From an uncultured bacterium (GTDB lineage: Bacteria; Krumholzibacteriota; Krumholzibacteriia; JACNKJ01), in assembly GCA_963695095.1 (NCBI GenBank), contig CAVOFT010000001.1, forward strand, positions 1,920,001 through 1,984,000: 64,000 nt of DNA, written 5' to 3'. A program made the translations under genes and the position numbers. How positions within the stretch are numbered: position 1 is the first letter of the stretch; the number at the start of each line of letters is the position of its first letter. The notes under the pieces are model-generated. The model saw only the letters and a program-made list of their open reading frames with translations, had not been told where the DNA came from and searched no databases. Below are positions 49,455 to 58,662 of the stretch, piece after piece.

Positions 49455-51164
49455 TCAGGCGCCGGCCGCACGGGCGAGCAGGCGCCCGGCGAGGGCGAGG
49501 GTGTCCGCTTCGGGCTCGGACTCCCCCAGCATGCGCGCGATCTCGCGCAGGCGCTCCTCGCCGCTCAAGGCCAGCACCTGCGTGCGCGTGCGCTCGCCGG
49601 CGAAGTCCTTGCGCACGCAGAACTGGCGGTCGGCCGCCGCGGCGAGGCGGGCCTGGTGCGTCACGAGCAGGACCTGACGCCGGCGCGCGAGGGCGGCCAG
49701 TTCCTGGCCCAAGGTAGCGGCGAGGTCGGCGCCGATGCCCGCGTCCACCTCGTCGAGGACGAGGACCGGCACTGCCGCCTCGCGCGCCTGGGCCGGCCCC
49801 CTCTCGATGAGATGCCGGGCGAAGGCAATCCGCGACAGCTCGCCCCCGCTGGGCAGCTCGCCCAGTCCACCCTCGGGCAGATCCGGATTCGGGCGGACGA
49901 GCACCTCCACCCGGTCCATCCCCCACTCGCCGGCCCGAAAACCGGCGTCCGGCAGGCGCACCCAGCCCTCGGGGTCGGGAATCGGCGTGACGGCGATGCG
50001 CAGGGTGGCGCGGGCGAGGCCCAGAGCCGCCAGGCGCGCCTGCCAGCGCGCACCCAGGTCGGCAGCGGCGCCCTGACGCCGCTGGCTGAGCGCCAGGGCG
50101 GCAGCGGCCAGGCGGGTCTCGGCGGCCTCGCGCTCGCGCGCCCGCTCGCCGAGGAGGCGGTCCTGGTCGCCGAGCTGATCGAGCAGCTCCTGCTGCTCGG
50201 CGGCCCAGGCCAGGATGGCCTCCAGCTCCCGTCCGTGCTTGCGCTCCAGGGCCGTCAGGCGGCCCAGGCGTTCCGCCAGGCGCTCGCCCTCCCTGGCCTC
50301 CAGGATCGAGCTCTCCGCTCGCGCGCGGAGGCCGCGCACGAGCTCCTGCAGGGCCTCGTCAAGGAAGGGGCCGGGAAAGTCCAGCGGCGCCTCGCCGAGG
50401 CGCTCCAGGCGCTCCAGGAGGCCCTCCACGGCGCTGAGGCCTTCCTTGAGCCCCCCCTTGCCGTCGATGGCCTGCACCAGCGCGCGGTAGGTCTCCTGCA
50501 GGCGAGTGGCGTTGCGCAATCGCCGCTCCTGTTGCTCGAGCTGCTCCCGCTCGCCCGGCCGAGGCGCCAGGGCCGCGATCTCCTCGAGCTGATAGCGCAG
50601 GTAGTCCTCGTCGCCCCGCAGGGCCGTCAGGCGCGTCGCCAGTTGCTCCTCGTGCTGGCGCAGCCCGCGCAGGGTGGCCAGCTCCGCCTGGTAGCTCGCG
50701 ATCAGGGCAGCGCTGTCGGCGTACTCGTCCAGGAGCCGCCGCTGCGCCTCCGCCTCGACGAGGTCGAGTTGCGCATGCTGGTCCTGGCGCTCCAGGAGCA
50801 GCCCCCCCAGCTCCTTCAGCCGGCGCAGGGGCAGCGGGAAACCGTCGCAGCTGGCCGAGCTGCGGCCATCAGCGCGCAGTTCTCGGCGAAGGAGGAGGCC
50901 CTCCTCCCCCAGCTCGAAGCCCAGCGCCCTCAGCTGCGTGAGCTGGTCGGCCTCCGGCGCGAAATACGCCTCGACGACGGCTCGCTCCGCGCCCGGGCGA
51001 ATCCAGTCGGCGCGGCCGCGCGCCCCCGTCACCAGGGCGAGCGCAGCCAGCAGGACGGACTTGCCCGCGCCCGTCTCGCCGCTGAGCACGTTCAGGCCCG
51101 CCGCGAACTCGAGAGTGGCCGCCTCCACCACGAGGAGATTGCCGATGCGCAGGTGCGTGAGCAC
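49455..51164 (-). CDS. recN: DNA repair protein RecN
   Basis: SGETGAGKS, SGGELSR, LDEVDAG, VTHQ, EIARMLG. Confidence 0.95.
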   Translation of the reverse strand: MLTHLRIGNLLVVEAATLEFAAGLNVLSGETGAGKSVLLAALALVTGARGRADWIRPGAERAVVEAYFAPEADQLTQLRALGFELGEEGLLLRRELRADGRSSASCDGFPLPLRRLKELGGLLLERQDQHAQLDLVEAEAQRRLLDEYADSAALIASYQAELATLRGLRQHEEQLATRLTALRGDEDYLRYQLEEIAALAPRPGEREQLEQQERRLRNATRLQETYRALVQAIDGKGGLKEGLSAVEGLLERLERLGEAPLDFPGPFLDEALQELVRGLRARAESSILEAREGERLAERLGRLTALERKHGRELEAILAWAAEQQELLDQLGDQDRLLGERAREREAAETRLAAAALALSQRRQGAAADLGARWQARLAALGLARATLRIAVTPIPDPEGWVRLPDAGFRAGEWGMDRVEVLVRPNPDLPEGGLGELPSGGELSRIAFARHLIERGPAQAREAAVPVLVLDEVDAGIGADLAATLGQELAALARRRQVLLVTHQARLAAAADRQFCVRKDFAGERTRTQVLALSGEERLREIARMLGESEPEADTLALAGRLLARAAGA

Positions 51165-51166
51165 GC

Positions 51167-52045
51167 CTACCTCCCGTCCGGCGTCCCCCAGCCCAGCTTC
51201 TCACTGACGAGGCCGTAGTAGCTGAAGTCCAGCGGCAGCGCGATGCGCAGAGGCTTTGCCGGCGCCCGGCGGATGCGGATCTCGTCGCCGCTGCCGAGCC
51301 CGAGCGCGATGAGGCCGTCCAGGGTGAGCGTCGCCTCGCCGCTGCGCTGGCCGATGGCGACGACCAGCTCCTCCTCGCCGCCAACCAGGATGGGGCGGAT
51401 CGACAGCGCATGGGGGCAGATCGGCGTGGCGACCAGGGCATCCATCGTCGGGTGCACGATGGGGCCGCCCGCGGAGAGCGAGTAGGCGGTGGAACCGGTC
51501 GGCGTCGCCACGATGAGCCCGTCGGCGCGATAGCCGCCCAGGTGCTGTCCGCCCACGGCGATCCGGAATTCGACGAGGCGGTTGCCCTGGCTCATGTGGA
51601 CGACGGCATCGTTGAGGGCGAGCAGTTCCCGCTGAGCGGCGCCGGCATGGCGCAGCGTCGCGCCCAGGCGCATGCGCTCCTCGACGCGATACTGGCCGGC
51701 CAGGATCGCGCCAAGCGCCCCTTCGAGGTCCTCCAGCTTCAGCAGGGTGAGGAAGCCCAGGCTGCCCAGGTTGATGCCCAGGAGCGGCGCGCTGGCCGCC
51801 TCGAGGTCGCGCGCCGCGCGCAGGAAGCTGCCGTCGCCGCCGAACACGAGAAAGAGCTCGCAAGCCGCCGCGAAGTCCTGCACGCGCGCGCCATGGGCGG
51901 GGCGGCCGAGCCAGGGCCCTGTCGCGCTGTCCAGCAGGACCTCGCTGCCCGCCGCCGCCGCCACGGCAAGGGCGCGTTCGACGACGCCCCGCGCCCCCGG
52001 CGCTTCACGGTTCACGATAATGCCGAGGCGGCGAATCGGCTCCAT
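51167..52045 (-). CDS. nadK: NAD kinase
   Basis: GGDG, GSLGFL, ALND, DGLIVATPTGSTAYSLSAGGP. Confidence 0.96.
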   Translation of the reverse strand: MEPIRRLGIIVNREAPGARGVVERALAVAAAAGSEVLLDSATGPWLGRPAHGARVQDFAAACELFLVFGGDGSFLRAARDLEAASAPLLGINLGSLGFLTLLKLEDLEGALGAILAGQYRVEERMRLGATLRHAGAAQRELLALNDAVVHMSQGNRLVEFRIAVGGQHLGGYRADGLIVATPTGSTAYSLSAGGPIVHPTMDALVATPICPHALSIRPILVGGEEELVVAIGQRSGEATLTLDGLIALGLGSGDEIRIRRAPAKPLRIALPLDFSYYGLVSEKLGWGTPDGR

Positions 52046-52800
52046 CAGCGGCCTCCCCGGCCGGCGGCTGCCGCCCGCCGCCGCGCCAGCATGAAGTACT
52101 CCCGCTGGCGCTGGTCCGGCCCCGGTTCCACGGGCTCGCTGAGGAGCGGCTCCCAGCCCTCGGTCTGTGCGCAGTCGAGCACTTCCGCGAGCAGGCGCTC
52201 GGCGAGTTGCGGGTCGCGCAGGCGGCCCCCCGCCGTGAGCGCGGCCGGCGGCGCCTCGAACTGCGGCTTGACCAGGGCGATGAGCAGGGCCTCCGGCGCC
52301 AGCGGCAAGCGCAGTTTCGGCAGCACGCTGCGCAGCGAGATGAAGGACAGGTCCAGCAGCAGGATGTCGCAGGGAGCGGGCAGCTCGGTCACGGCACGGA
52401 TGTCCTGCGCCTCGAGCGCCGCCAGCCGTGGCTCTCCGCGCAGATCGACGGCCAGCTGGCCGCGCCCCAGTTCGACGGCGAGCACGGAGGCCGCACCCCG
52501 CTCGAGGGCGAGCTGGCTGAAGCCGCCGCTGGCCGCCCCGCCGTCCACGACGTGGCGCCCGCTGAAGTCGACGCCCTTGCCCTCGAGGAAACGGCGCAGC
52601 TTGTCATAGCCGCGGCCCACGCGCTGCCGGCTGGCCGCCGGCGCCACGCGGATCTCCTGCTGCGGGCCGACCAGTTCCGCCGGACGGGTGATGACTGCTC
52701 CGGCTACGCTGACCAGGCCTTCGAGGATGAACTCGCGCCCCTGATTGCGGCTGCGCACGAGCCCTCGCTCGACGAGGGCCCGATCCAGGCGGGTGCTCAC
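52045..52800 (-). CDS. tlyA: TlyA-family rRNA 2'-O-methyltransferase
   Basis: RLD..LVERGL..SR, DGGAASGGF, DLSFISL, LVKPQFE. Confidence 0.93.
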   Translation of the reverse strand: MSTRLDRALVERGLVRSRNQGREFILEGLVSVAGAVITRPAELVGPQQEIRVAPAASRQRVGRGYDKLRRFLEGKGVDFSGRHVVDGGAASGGFSQLALERGAASVLAVELGRGQLAVDLRGEPRLAALEAQDIRAVTELPAPCDILLLDLSFISLRSVLPKLRLPLAPEALLIALVKPQFEAPPAALTAGGRLRDPQLAERLLAEVLDCAQTEGWEPLLSEPVEPGPDQRQREYFMLARRRAAAAGRGGR

Positions 52801-54713
52801 TGCGGCCGGCCGCCGGCACGCCGGTCCGCGAGCAGCCGGTCCCCCTGCAGGGCAGCCTCGACCCGGGCGGCGATGCTCGGGCCGTCCAATCCCGCCTGCG
52901 CGAGCAGTGCCCCCCGCGGGCCCTGTGGGCTGAAAGCCGCCGGCAGACTCAACGACAGCACGCGCGGGCCCCAGCCGCGTTCGCGATAGAAGCGCAGCAC
53001 GGCCTCCCCGAAGCCCCCCACCGGGCTGGCCTCCTCGACCGTGACGATCAGATCGCTTGCCTCCGTGAAACGCCCCAGCGCGTCCGTGTCCAGGGGGGCC
53101 AGGAAGCGCGCATCGACGAGACCCGGGTCCAGGCCGCGCTCGGCGAGCAGCGTCGCCGCCTGCGCGCAGGCGGCCACCATGCTCCCCAGCGCCCAGAGCT
53201 GAGGCCCCTTGCCCTCGCGCAGGACGCGGCTTCGCCCCAGCGGCAGCGCCAGCAAGGGCGCTCGCTCGGCCAGGCCCCAGGCGGCGCTGCGCGGATAGCG
53301 CAGCGCGATCGGCCCTGCCTCGTGCGCGACGGCCGTGGCCAGCATGCGGCGCAGTTCATTCTCATCGCCGGGCGCCATCACCGTCATCCCGGGCACGAGG
53401 CTCAGGTAGCCGAGGTCGAGCACGCCATGGTGCGTGGGCCCGTCCTCGCCCACCAGACCCGCGCGGTCGAGGGCGAAGATCACGGGCAGCTTCTGCAGGG
53501 CGACATCGTGGATGATCTGATCGAAGGCGCGCTGCAGGAATGTGGAGTAGATCGCCACGACGGGCCTGAGCCCGTCGGCAGCCAGGCCGGCGGCGAAGGT
53601 GACGGCGTGCGGCTCGGCGATGCCGACGTCGAAGAAGCGCTCCGGGAAGCGGGCGGCGAAGGCCGCGAGGCCCGTGCCCTCGGCCATGGCGGCGCTGATC
53701 GCCACGACGCGGGGATCGGCGGTTGCCAGCTCCACCATCGCCTCGCCGAAAGCCTGCGTGTAGCTGATCGGCGCCGGCGAGTTGTCGCCGAGCTTGGCGC
53801 CGGTCTCGCGCACGAAAGGCGCGAAGCCATGGTACTTCGCCGGATTCGATTCGGCGAAGGAGCAGCCCTTGCCTTTGCGCGAGAGCACGTGCAGGAAGAC
53901 GGGTTCCTCGATATGCGAGAGCTGGCGCAGGGTGCGCACGAGCAGGGGGATGTCATGGCCATCGAGGGGGCCGAAGTACTTGAAGCCGAAGTCCTCGAAG
54001 AAGTTGCTGGGCAGTACCATGTGCTTGAGGCCGTACTTGGTGCGGCTGGCCAGGGCCCGCAGCCGCTTGCCGACACGCGGCACGCCGCCCAGCGCCCGCC
54101 AGGCGCGGCCCTCCAGGCGCAGGAAGGTGCGCGTCGCCGTGAGTCGGGTCAAGATCCGGCTGATGGAGCCGACGTTGGGCGAGATCGACATCTCGTTGTC
54201 GTTGAGAATGACGAGGAGCCGCCCGGCGTGCGCACGCGTGTTGTTGATGGCCTCGTAGACCATGCCGCCCGTCGCGGCGCCGTCGCCCAGGATCGCGACC
54301 GTCTGCCGCTCCTCGCCGCGCAGGCGCGCGCCCTGCGAGAAGCCGAGCGCGGCGCTGAGCGCCGTGCAGGCGTGGCCGGCGCCAAAGTGATCGTAGGGGC
54401 TCTCGCTGCGCTTGAGAAAGCCGCTGAGGCCGCCCTCCTGCCTCAGGGTGCCGAAGCGTTCTCGCCGCCCGGTCAGCAGCTTGTGGGCATAGGCCTGATG
54501 GCCCGTGTCCCAGACGAGGCGCGTGCTTTCCTCCGGGAAGACATGCTGGACGGCGATCGCCAGATCCACCGCCCCCAGGCTGGCGGCGAGGTGGCCGCCG
54601 TTCTGGGCGCAGACGCGGATGATCTCTTCGCGGATCTCTTCGGCGAGCCGAGGCAGTGCCTCCACGGGGAGCGCGGCCACGTCGCGGGGGCTGTGGATAC
54701 CATCCAGGAGCAT
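52797..54713 (-). CDS. dxs: 1-deoxy-D-xylulose-5-phosphate synthase
   Basis: GGHLAASLG, GHQAYAHK, GDGA...NDN, DRAGLVGEDGPTHHG. Confidence 0.97.
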   Translation of the reverse strand: MLLDGIHSPRDVAALPVEALPRLAEEIREEIIRVCAQNGGHLAASLGAVDLAIAVQHVFPEESTRLVWDTGHQAYAHKLLTGRRERFGTLRQEGGLSGFLKRSESPYDHFGAGHACTALSAALGFSQGARLRGEERQTVAILGDGAATGGMVYEAINNTRAHAGRLLVILNDNEMSISPNVGSISRILTRLTATRTFLRLEGRAWRALGGVPRVGKRLRALASRTKYGLKHMVLPSNFFEDFGFKYFGPLDGHDIPLLVRTLRQLSHIEEPVFLHVLSRKGKGCSFAESNPAKYHGFAPFVRETGAKLGDNSPAPISYTQAFGEAMVELATADPRVVAISAAMAEGTGLAAFAARFPERFFDVGIAEPHAVTFAAGLAADGLRPVVAIYSTFLQRAFDQIIHDVALQKLPVIFALDRAGLVGEDGPTHHGVLDLGYLSLVPGMTVMAPGDENELRRMLATAVAHEAGPIALRYPRSAAWGLAERAPLLALPLGRSRVLREGKGPQLWALGSMVAACAQAATLLAERGLDPGLVDARFLAPLDTDALGRFTEASDLIVTVEEASPVGGFGEAVLRFYRERGWGPRVLSLSLPAAFSPQGPRGALLAQAGLDGPSIAARVEAALQGDRLLADRRAGGRPQ

Positions 54714-54743
54714 CGTCTCGGCTTTCGCGGGCGTTGGGTCACA

Positions 54744-55175
54744 CTACCAAGGCCAGGCATCGAGCGCAAGCAGGGCGCGTTCCACCAGGCGGCCAAGCAT
54801 GGCCCCCGCCAGCAGGGCCACCCAGGCCCGCACCGGACTTTGCCCGAGGAGGGCGCTGAGCCGGTGTTCAAGGGAGAAACTCGAGCCCAGTTCCATCAGG
54901 ATGCCGGCCTGCTGCCCGGCGGCGCGCTTGACGCCCGAGGTGTCGTAGAGGATCACCGCCGTGTAGCCCAGGCTGACCGCCGTGTACACGCTGCTCCAGC
55001 CCGTGGCCCGTGCCAACTGCAGGCTCAGGCAGCCGGCGAGCAGGGGATGCAGGCTCGGAAAGCTCTCGAAATCGGCGAGGCGTCCCGGGCGCCAGCGGCG
55101 CGCGCGCAGCGAATGGAAGGCGAGCTTGAGCAGCTGCCCCAGGGCGCCCGTGAAGGCAAGCGGCGCGAGGATCAT
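54744..55175 (-). CDS. Divergent PAP2 (DUF212) family membrane protein
   Basis: QLLK, FPSLH, YDTSGVKRAAGQQA; located between ispA and dxs. Confidence 0.75.
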   Translation of the reverse strand: MILAPLAFTGALGQLLKLAFHSLRARRWRPGRLADFESFPSLHPLLAGCLSLQLARATGWSSVYTAVSLGYTAVILYDTSGVKRAAGQQAGILMELGSSFSLEHRLSALLGQSPVRAWVALLAGAMLGRLVERALLALDAWPW

Positions 55176-56065
55176 CAGGAGCGCCTCTCCACCAGGCGCC
55201 TGGCGAGGTCGCGCAGCGGCTCGGCCGCCTCGCCTGGCGGCAGGAGCGCCAGGGCCCGCGCCAGTCGCGCGGCGCACTCCTGCCGCGTCGCCGCCGCGCC
55301 TTGCACCGCGGTCAGGGTGAGCTTGCCCTGCGCCCGATCCTTGCCCGGGGTCTTTCCCAGTTCCTCGCGGCTGGCCTCGTCGTCGAGCAGGTCGTCGATG
55401 GCCTGGAAGGCCAGGCCGAGTTCGCGCCCCACCTCCCCCAGGGGCCTCAGGGCCGCCGGCGACAGACGACCCAGGCGTCCGCCAAGCAGGAGGCTGACGC
55501 GGATCAGCGCCGCCGTCTTGCGCGCGTGGATCCACTGCACCTGGTCGAGGGCGCTCATGCCGGGCGGGGGTTCGAGATCCCCCGCCTGCCCGCCCACGAG
55601 CTGGAGCGGACCGGCGGCGGCGGCGAACTCGGCGAGCGCTGCCAGCGCGCTCGCCCGCGGGAGCTTGGCCGTGGCGACTGCGGACAGGAGTTGGGCGAAG
55701 GCCGCGGCCTGCAGGGCGTCGCCGGCCAGGATGGCCATCGCCTCGCCATAGACGCGGTGGCAGGTCGGCCGGCCGCGGCGCAGATCGTCGTCGTCCATGG
55801 CGGGCAGATCATCGTGGATGAGCGAATAGGCATGGAGCATCTCGAGGGCGGCACCGCCGGCGAGGGCCACGCCTTCGTCGTAGCGGCCCAGCAACATGCC
55901 GCCGGCCAGCAGCTGCGCGCGCAGGCGCTTGCCTCCACCCAGGAGCCCGTGGGCCATCGCCGCGCGCAGTCGGGGATGGCAGTCCGCCGCCGGCGGCAGC
56001 GCGGCCGCCAGGGCCGGCTCAAGGGCCTCCAGGTAGGCGGCCAGGGTGGCGGCGGCCTTCGTCAC
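55175..56065 (-). CDS. ispA: Farnesyl/geranyl diphosphate synthase
   Basis: GGKRLR, LIHDDLPAMDDDDLRRG, KT, FQAIDDLLD, GKD. Confidence 0.95.
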   Translation of the reverse strand: MTKAAATLAAYLEALEPALAAALPPAADCHPRLRAAMAHGLLGGGKRLRAQLLAGGMLLGRYDEGVALAGGAALEMLHAYSLIHDDLPAMDDDDLRRGRPTCHRVYGEAMAILAGDALQAAAFAQLLSAVATAKLPRASALAALAEFAAAAGPLQLVGGQAGDLEPPPGMSALDQVQWIHARKTAALIRVSLLLGGRLGRLSPAALRPLGEVGRELGLAFQAIDDLLDDEASREELGKTPGKDRAQGKLTLTAVQGAAATRQECAARLARALALLPPGEAAEPLRDLARRLVERRS

Positions 56066-56943
56066 GCCAGCCGCTCCGCCAGGCCCTGCCGGCGCTGGCA
56101 GGCGATGAGTGTGTTGCGCAGGAGCATGGCCACGGTGAGCGGCCCCACGCCGCCCGGCACGGGCGTGATCGCCGCCGCCTTGGCGGCGATGCCTGCGAAA
56201 TCGCAGTCGCCGACGAGGCGGTAGCCGCGCGGCGCGCTGGGGTCCTCGACGCGGTTCATGCCCACGTCCACCACCACCACGCCCGGCTTCACCCAGTCCG
56301 CACGCACCAGCTCCGGGCTCCCCACCGCGGCAATGAGAATGTCCGCCTCGCGGCAGCGCAGAGGCAGGTCGCGGCTCGCGCTGTGGCAAACAGTGACCGT
56401 CGCATCGCCGAGAGCGTGCTTCTCGAGGAAGAGCAGCGCCGCCGGCTTGCCCACGATGAGGCTGCGGCCGAGGATCACGACGTGCTGACCGCGCGTCGGC
56501 ACGTCGCTGCGTCGCAACAGCTCCCGGATTCCTGCCGGCGTGCAGGGCGCGAAGCCGGGCAGCCCGGCGACCAGGCGGCCGAGATTGAGCGGGTGGAAGC
56601 CGTCCACATCCTTGTCGGGATCGAGCCGGAGCATGGCCTCGCCCGCGCTCAGACCGGCGGGCAAGGGCAGCTGGAGGATGATGCCGTCGGCGGGGCCCGC
56701 GCTCAGCGCGGCCAGCTCCCGGCCCAGCTCCGCCTGGCCGATGGCTGCCGGCAGCTGGCGGTGCTCGCCGCTGATACCCGTCAGCGCGCAGGCCCGCATC
56801 TTGTTGCGGATGTAGACATCGCTCGCCGCGTCGGCGCCCACCTGGACCACGGTCAGGCGCGGCGGCGCCGGGAGCGCCGCCACGCCCTCCCCGATCTCGG
56901 CCAGCAGCGCGTCCCGGATACGATTGCCGTCCAGCAGTCTCAT
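56062..56943 (-). CDS. folD: Methylene-THF dehydrogenase/cyclohydrolase
   Basis: QLPLP, KDVDGFHP, PCTP, GRSLIVGKP, TPVPGGVGP. Confidence 0.97.
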   Translation of the reverse strand: MRLLDGNRIRDALLAEIGEGVAALPAPPRLTVVQVGADAASDVYIRNKMRACALTGISGEHRQLPAAIGQAELGRELAALSAGPADGIILQLPLPAGLSAGEAMLRLDPDKDVDGFHPLNLGRLVAGLPGFAPCTPAGIRELLRRSDVPTRGQHVVILGRSLIVGKPAALLFLEKHALGDATVTVCHSASRDLPLRCREADILIAAVGSPELVRADWVKPGVVVVDVGMNRVEDPSAPRGYRLVGDCDFAGIAAKAAAITPVPGGVGPLTVAMLLRNTLIACQRRQGLAERLA

Positions 56944-57746
56944 GGCCCCTCTCCCGCGCCCGGGGTCCCGTCCGCCAGGGGGAGATCGATGCGCTGGATC
57001 GCCAGGGCCCGCCCGCTCGCTTCGAAGTCGACAAGCACTCCCTGCAGGCGCGGCTCGCCGGTGGCTACTTCGAAGCGGCGCAGGTTCTGGTGCAGGAAGC
57101 GATGGAGCACCGCCGCGCTGTCCATGCCGATGATGCCCCCGTGGGGACCGGTCATGCCGGCATCGCTGAGGAAGGCCGTCCCCTTGGCGAGGATGCGCTC
57201 GTCGGCTGTCTGCACGTGCGTGTGCGTGCCGATCACCGCCGTCACCCGGCCATCGAGGTAGTGCGCCAGCGCCGCCTTCTCGCTGCTCGCCTCCGCATGC
57301 ATGTCGACGAAGACGGGACCGCCCCGCCACTCCGCGAGCACGGCATCCGCGCAGCGGAAGGGGCAATCCACGGGCTGCATGAAGACGCGACCGATCAGGT
57401 TGAGCACGAGCAGTTCGCCCCCGCCCGGTAGGGGCAGCACGGCGCACCCGCTGCCCGGATTGCCCGGCGGATAGTTGTGCGGGCGCAGCGCCTCCCGGCC
57501 GCCGCCGGCCAGGTAGGCCGCGCCGTCGCGATTGTCGAAGCTGTGGTTGCCGCCCGTGCACAGGTCGACGCCGGCGCCCCGCAGATCGCGCAAGATCGCC
57601 GGTGTGAAGCCGGACCCGGCCGCCGCGTTCTCGATGTTGGCGATCACGAGCGCCGGGGCCAACTCGGCGCGCAAGCCCGGGAGCAAGCTCGTCAGCGCCC
57701 GCCGGCCGGGGCGGCCCATGATGTCGGCGATGAAGAGCAAGCGCAT
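56940..57746 (-). CDS. YmdB/TIGR00282-family metallophosphoesterase
   Basis: NIENAA, GNH, DMHAEASSEK, GTHTHVQTAD, DAGMTG. Confidence 0.92.
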   Translation of the reverse strand: MRLLFIADIMGRPGRRALTSLLPGLRAELAPALVIANIENAAAGSGFTPAILRDLRGAGVDLCTGGNHSFDNRDGAAYLAGGGREALRPHNYPPGNPGSGCAVLPLPGGGELLVLNLIGRVFMQPVDCPFRCADAVLAEWRGGPVFVDMHAEASSEKAALAHYLDGRVTAVIGTHTHVQTADERILAKGTAFLSDAGMTGPHGGIIGMDSAAVLHRFLHQNLRRFEVATGEPRLQGVLVDFEASGRALAIQRIDLPLADGTPGAGEGP

Positions 57747-57802
57747 GGGGGCTACCTCGCGCCCGTCTCCCGCCGCAGCGCCGGCGGCCGGTCAGGGCAA
57801 GA

Positions 57803-57979
57803 AAATTCCCCACGCATTGCCGTGCGAGAATCTACCGCATGGGCCAAAGTTCCCATGGGGGAAGACCACACGACCGGTTCAGGTCGCCCGCGGGCACCAT
57901 CGGTCGGTCGGATTCGGCCTTCCAAAGTGAAGGTGTTGGCTCAGACGCTGTCTTCCCGCTCGAACACGGTAGGGAATCT
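57803..57979 (-). ncRNA. ssrS: 6S RNA
   Basis: ~180-nt intergenic region downstream of zapA with its own promoter; terminal pairing CUACCGUG/UGCGGUAG and GGGAAGAC/GUCUUCCC; UGAGCCAACAC, GGUGCCC and CCUGAACC segments. Ends approximate. Confidence 0.8.
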
Positions 57980-57985
57980 ACAGGG

Positions 57986-58015
57986 AGTATACCAGGGCCT
58001 TCCGGTCCAGGGCAA
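57986..58015 (-). promoter_or_regulatory. sigma70-type promoter of 6S RNA
   Basis: TTGCCC-18 nt-TATACT with extended -10 TG. Confidence 0.65.
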
Positions 58016-58022
58016 GCTGCCC

Positions 58023-58340
58023 TCACTCATGGCCGCCAGCCGCCTCGCCCCGCGGCTCGTCGTCGAAGAGGCGCAGCAAGCGCGCCGCCTTTTCCTCCAC
58101 GGCGGGCCCATTCGACTCACGCTGCCCACGTTCGCGATGGAGTTCGTCCGCGATAGTGAAGGCCGCGAGGATGGCGATGCGCAAGGGCGAAACCTGCCGC
58201 CCGCTGGCCGCGATCTCCTTCATCGTCCGATCGACGTAGTCGGCGAGCTGCCGGATATGCTCGGCATCGGCATCCCCGCGCACGCGGTAGTCGTTGCCGA
58301 AGATGCTCACCTGGACGCGCGCTTCACTGGACATCGCCAC
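58023..58340 (-). CDS. zapA: Cell division protein ZapA
   Basis: VQVSIFGNDY, LADYVDRTM, AILAAFTIADEL. Confidence 0.92.
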   Translation of the reverse strand: MAMSSEARVQVSIFGNDYRVRGDADAEHIRQLADYVDRTMKEIAASGRQVSPLRIAILAAFTIADELHRERGQRESNGPAVEEKAARLLRLFDDEPRGEAAGGHE

Positions 58341-58364
58341 CTCCCGGTGCCGCGCTGCGGCTGC

Positions 58365-58634
58365 TTAGAGTTCGAGCAGCTCGAACTTCGCCAGGATGCC
58401 GTCCACGCGCCCGCGCAGGGAGTGCAGGTCGGCGCCATGGTGCTCAGCCTCCCCGAGACGGCCCTGCAGGCGCTGCAATTCCTCATGCATGCCGGACTTC
58501 TCCGCCTCGAGCGCCTGCAGCCGGGCTTGAAGGTCCTGATTTTCCCGGCTCACCTGCTGAAGGCGCTCCAGGGCCTGGCCGATCTTCTGCTCGAGGATGT
58601 CGAGATTCGAAAGCTCGCTCACGCTACACCTCAT
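58365..58634 (-). CDS. ZapB-like coiled-coil protein; start uncertain
   Basis: LDILEQKIGQAL...heptad repeats...RVDGILAKF; lies between pheT and zapA. Confidence 0.65.
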   Translation of the reverse strand: MRCSVSELSNLDILEQKIGQALERLQQVSRENQDLQARLQALEAEKSGMHEELQRLQGRLGEAEHHGADLHSLRGRVDGILAKFELLEL

Positions 58635-58662
58635 GCTGTCGTGCAAGTCCGAGGCGATCTTG

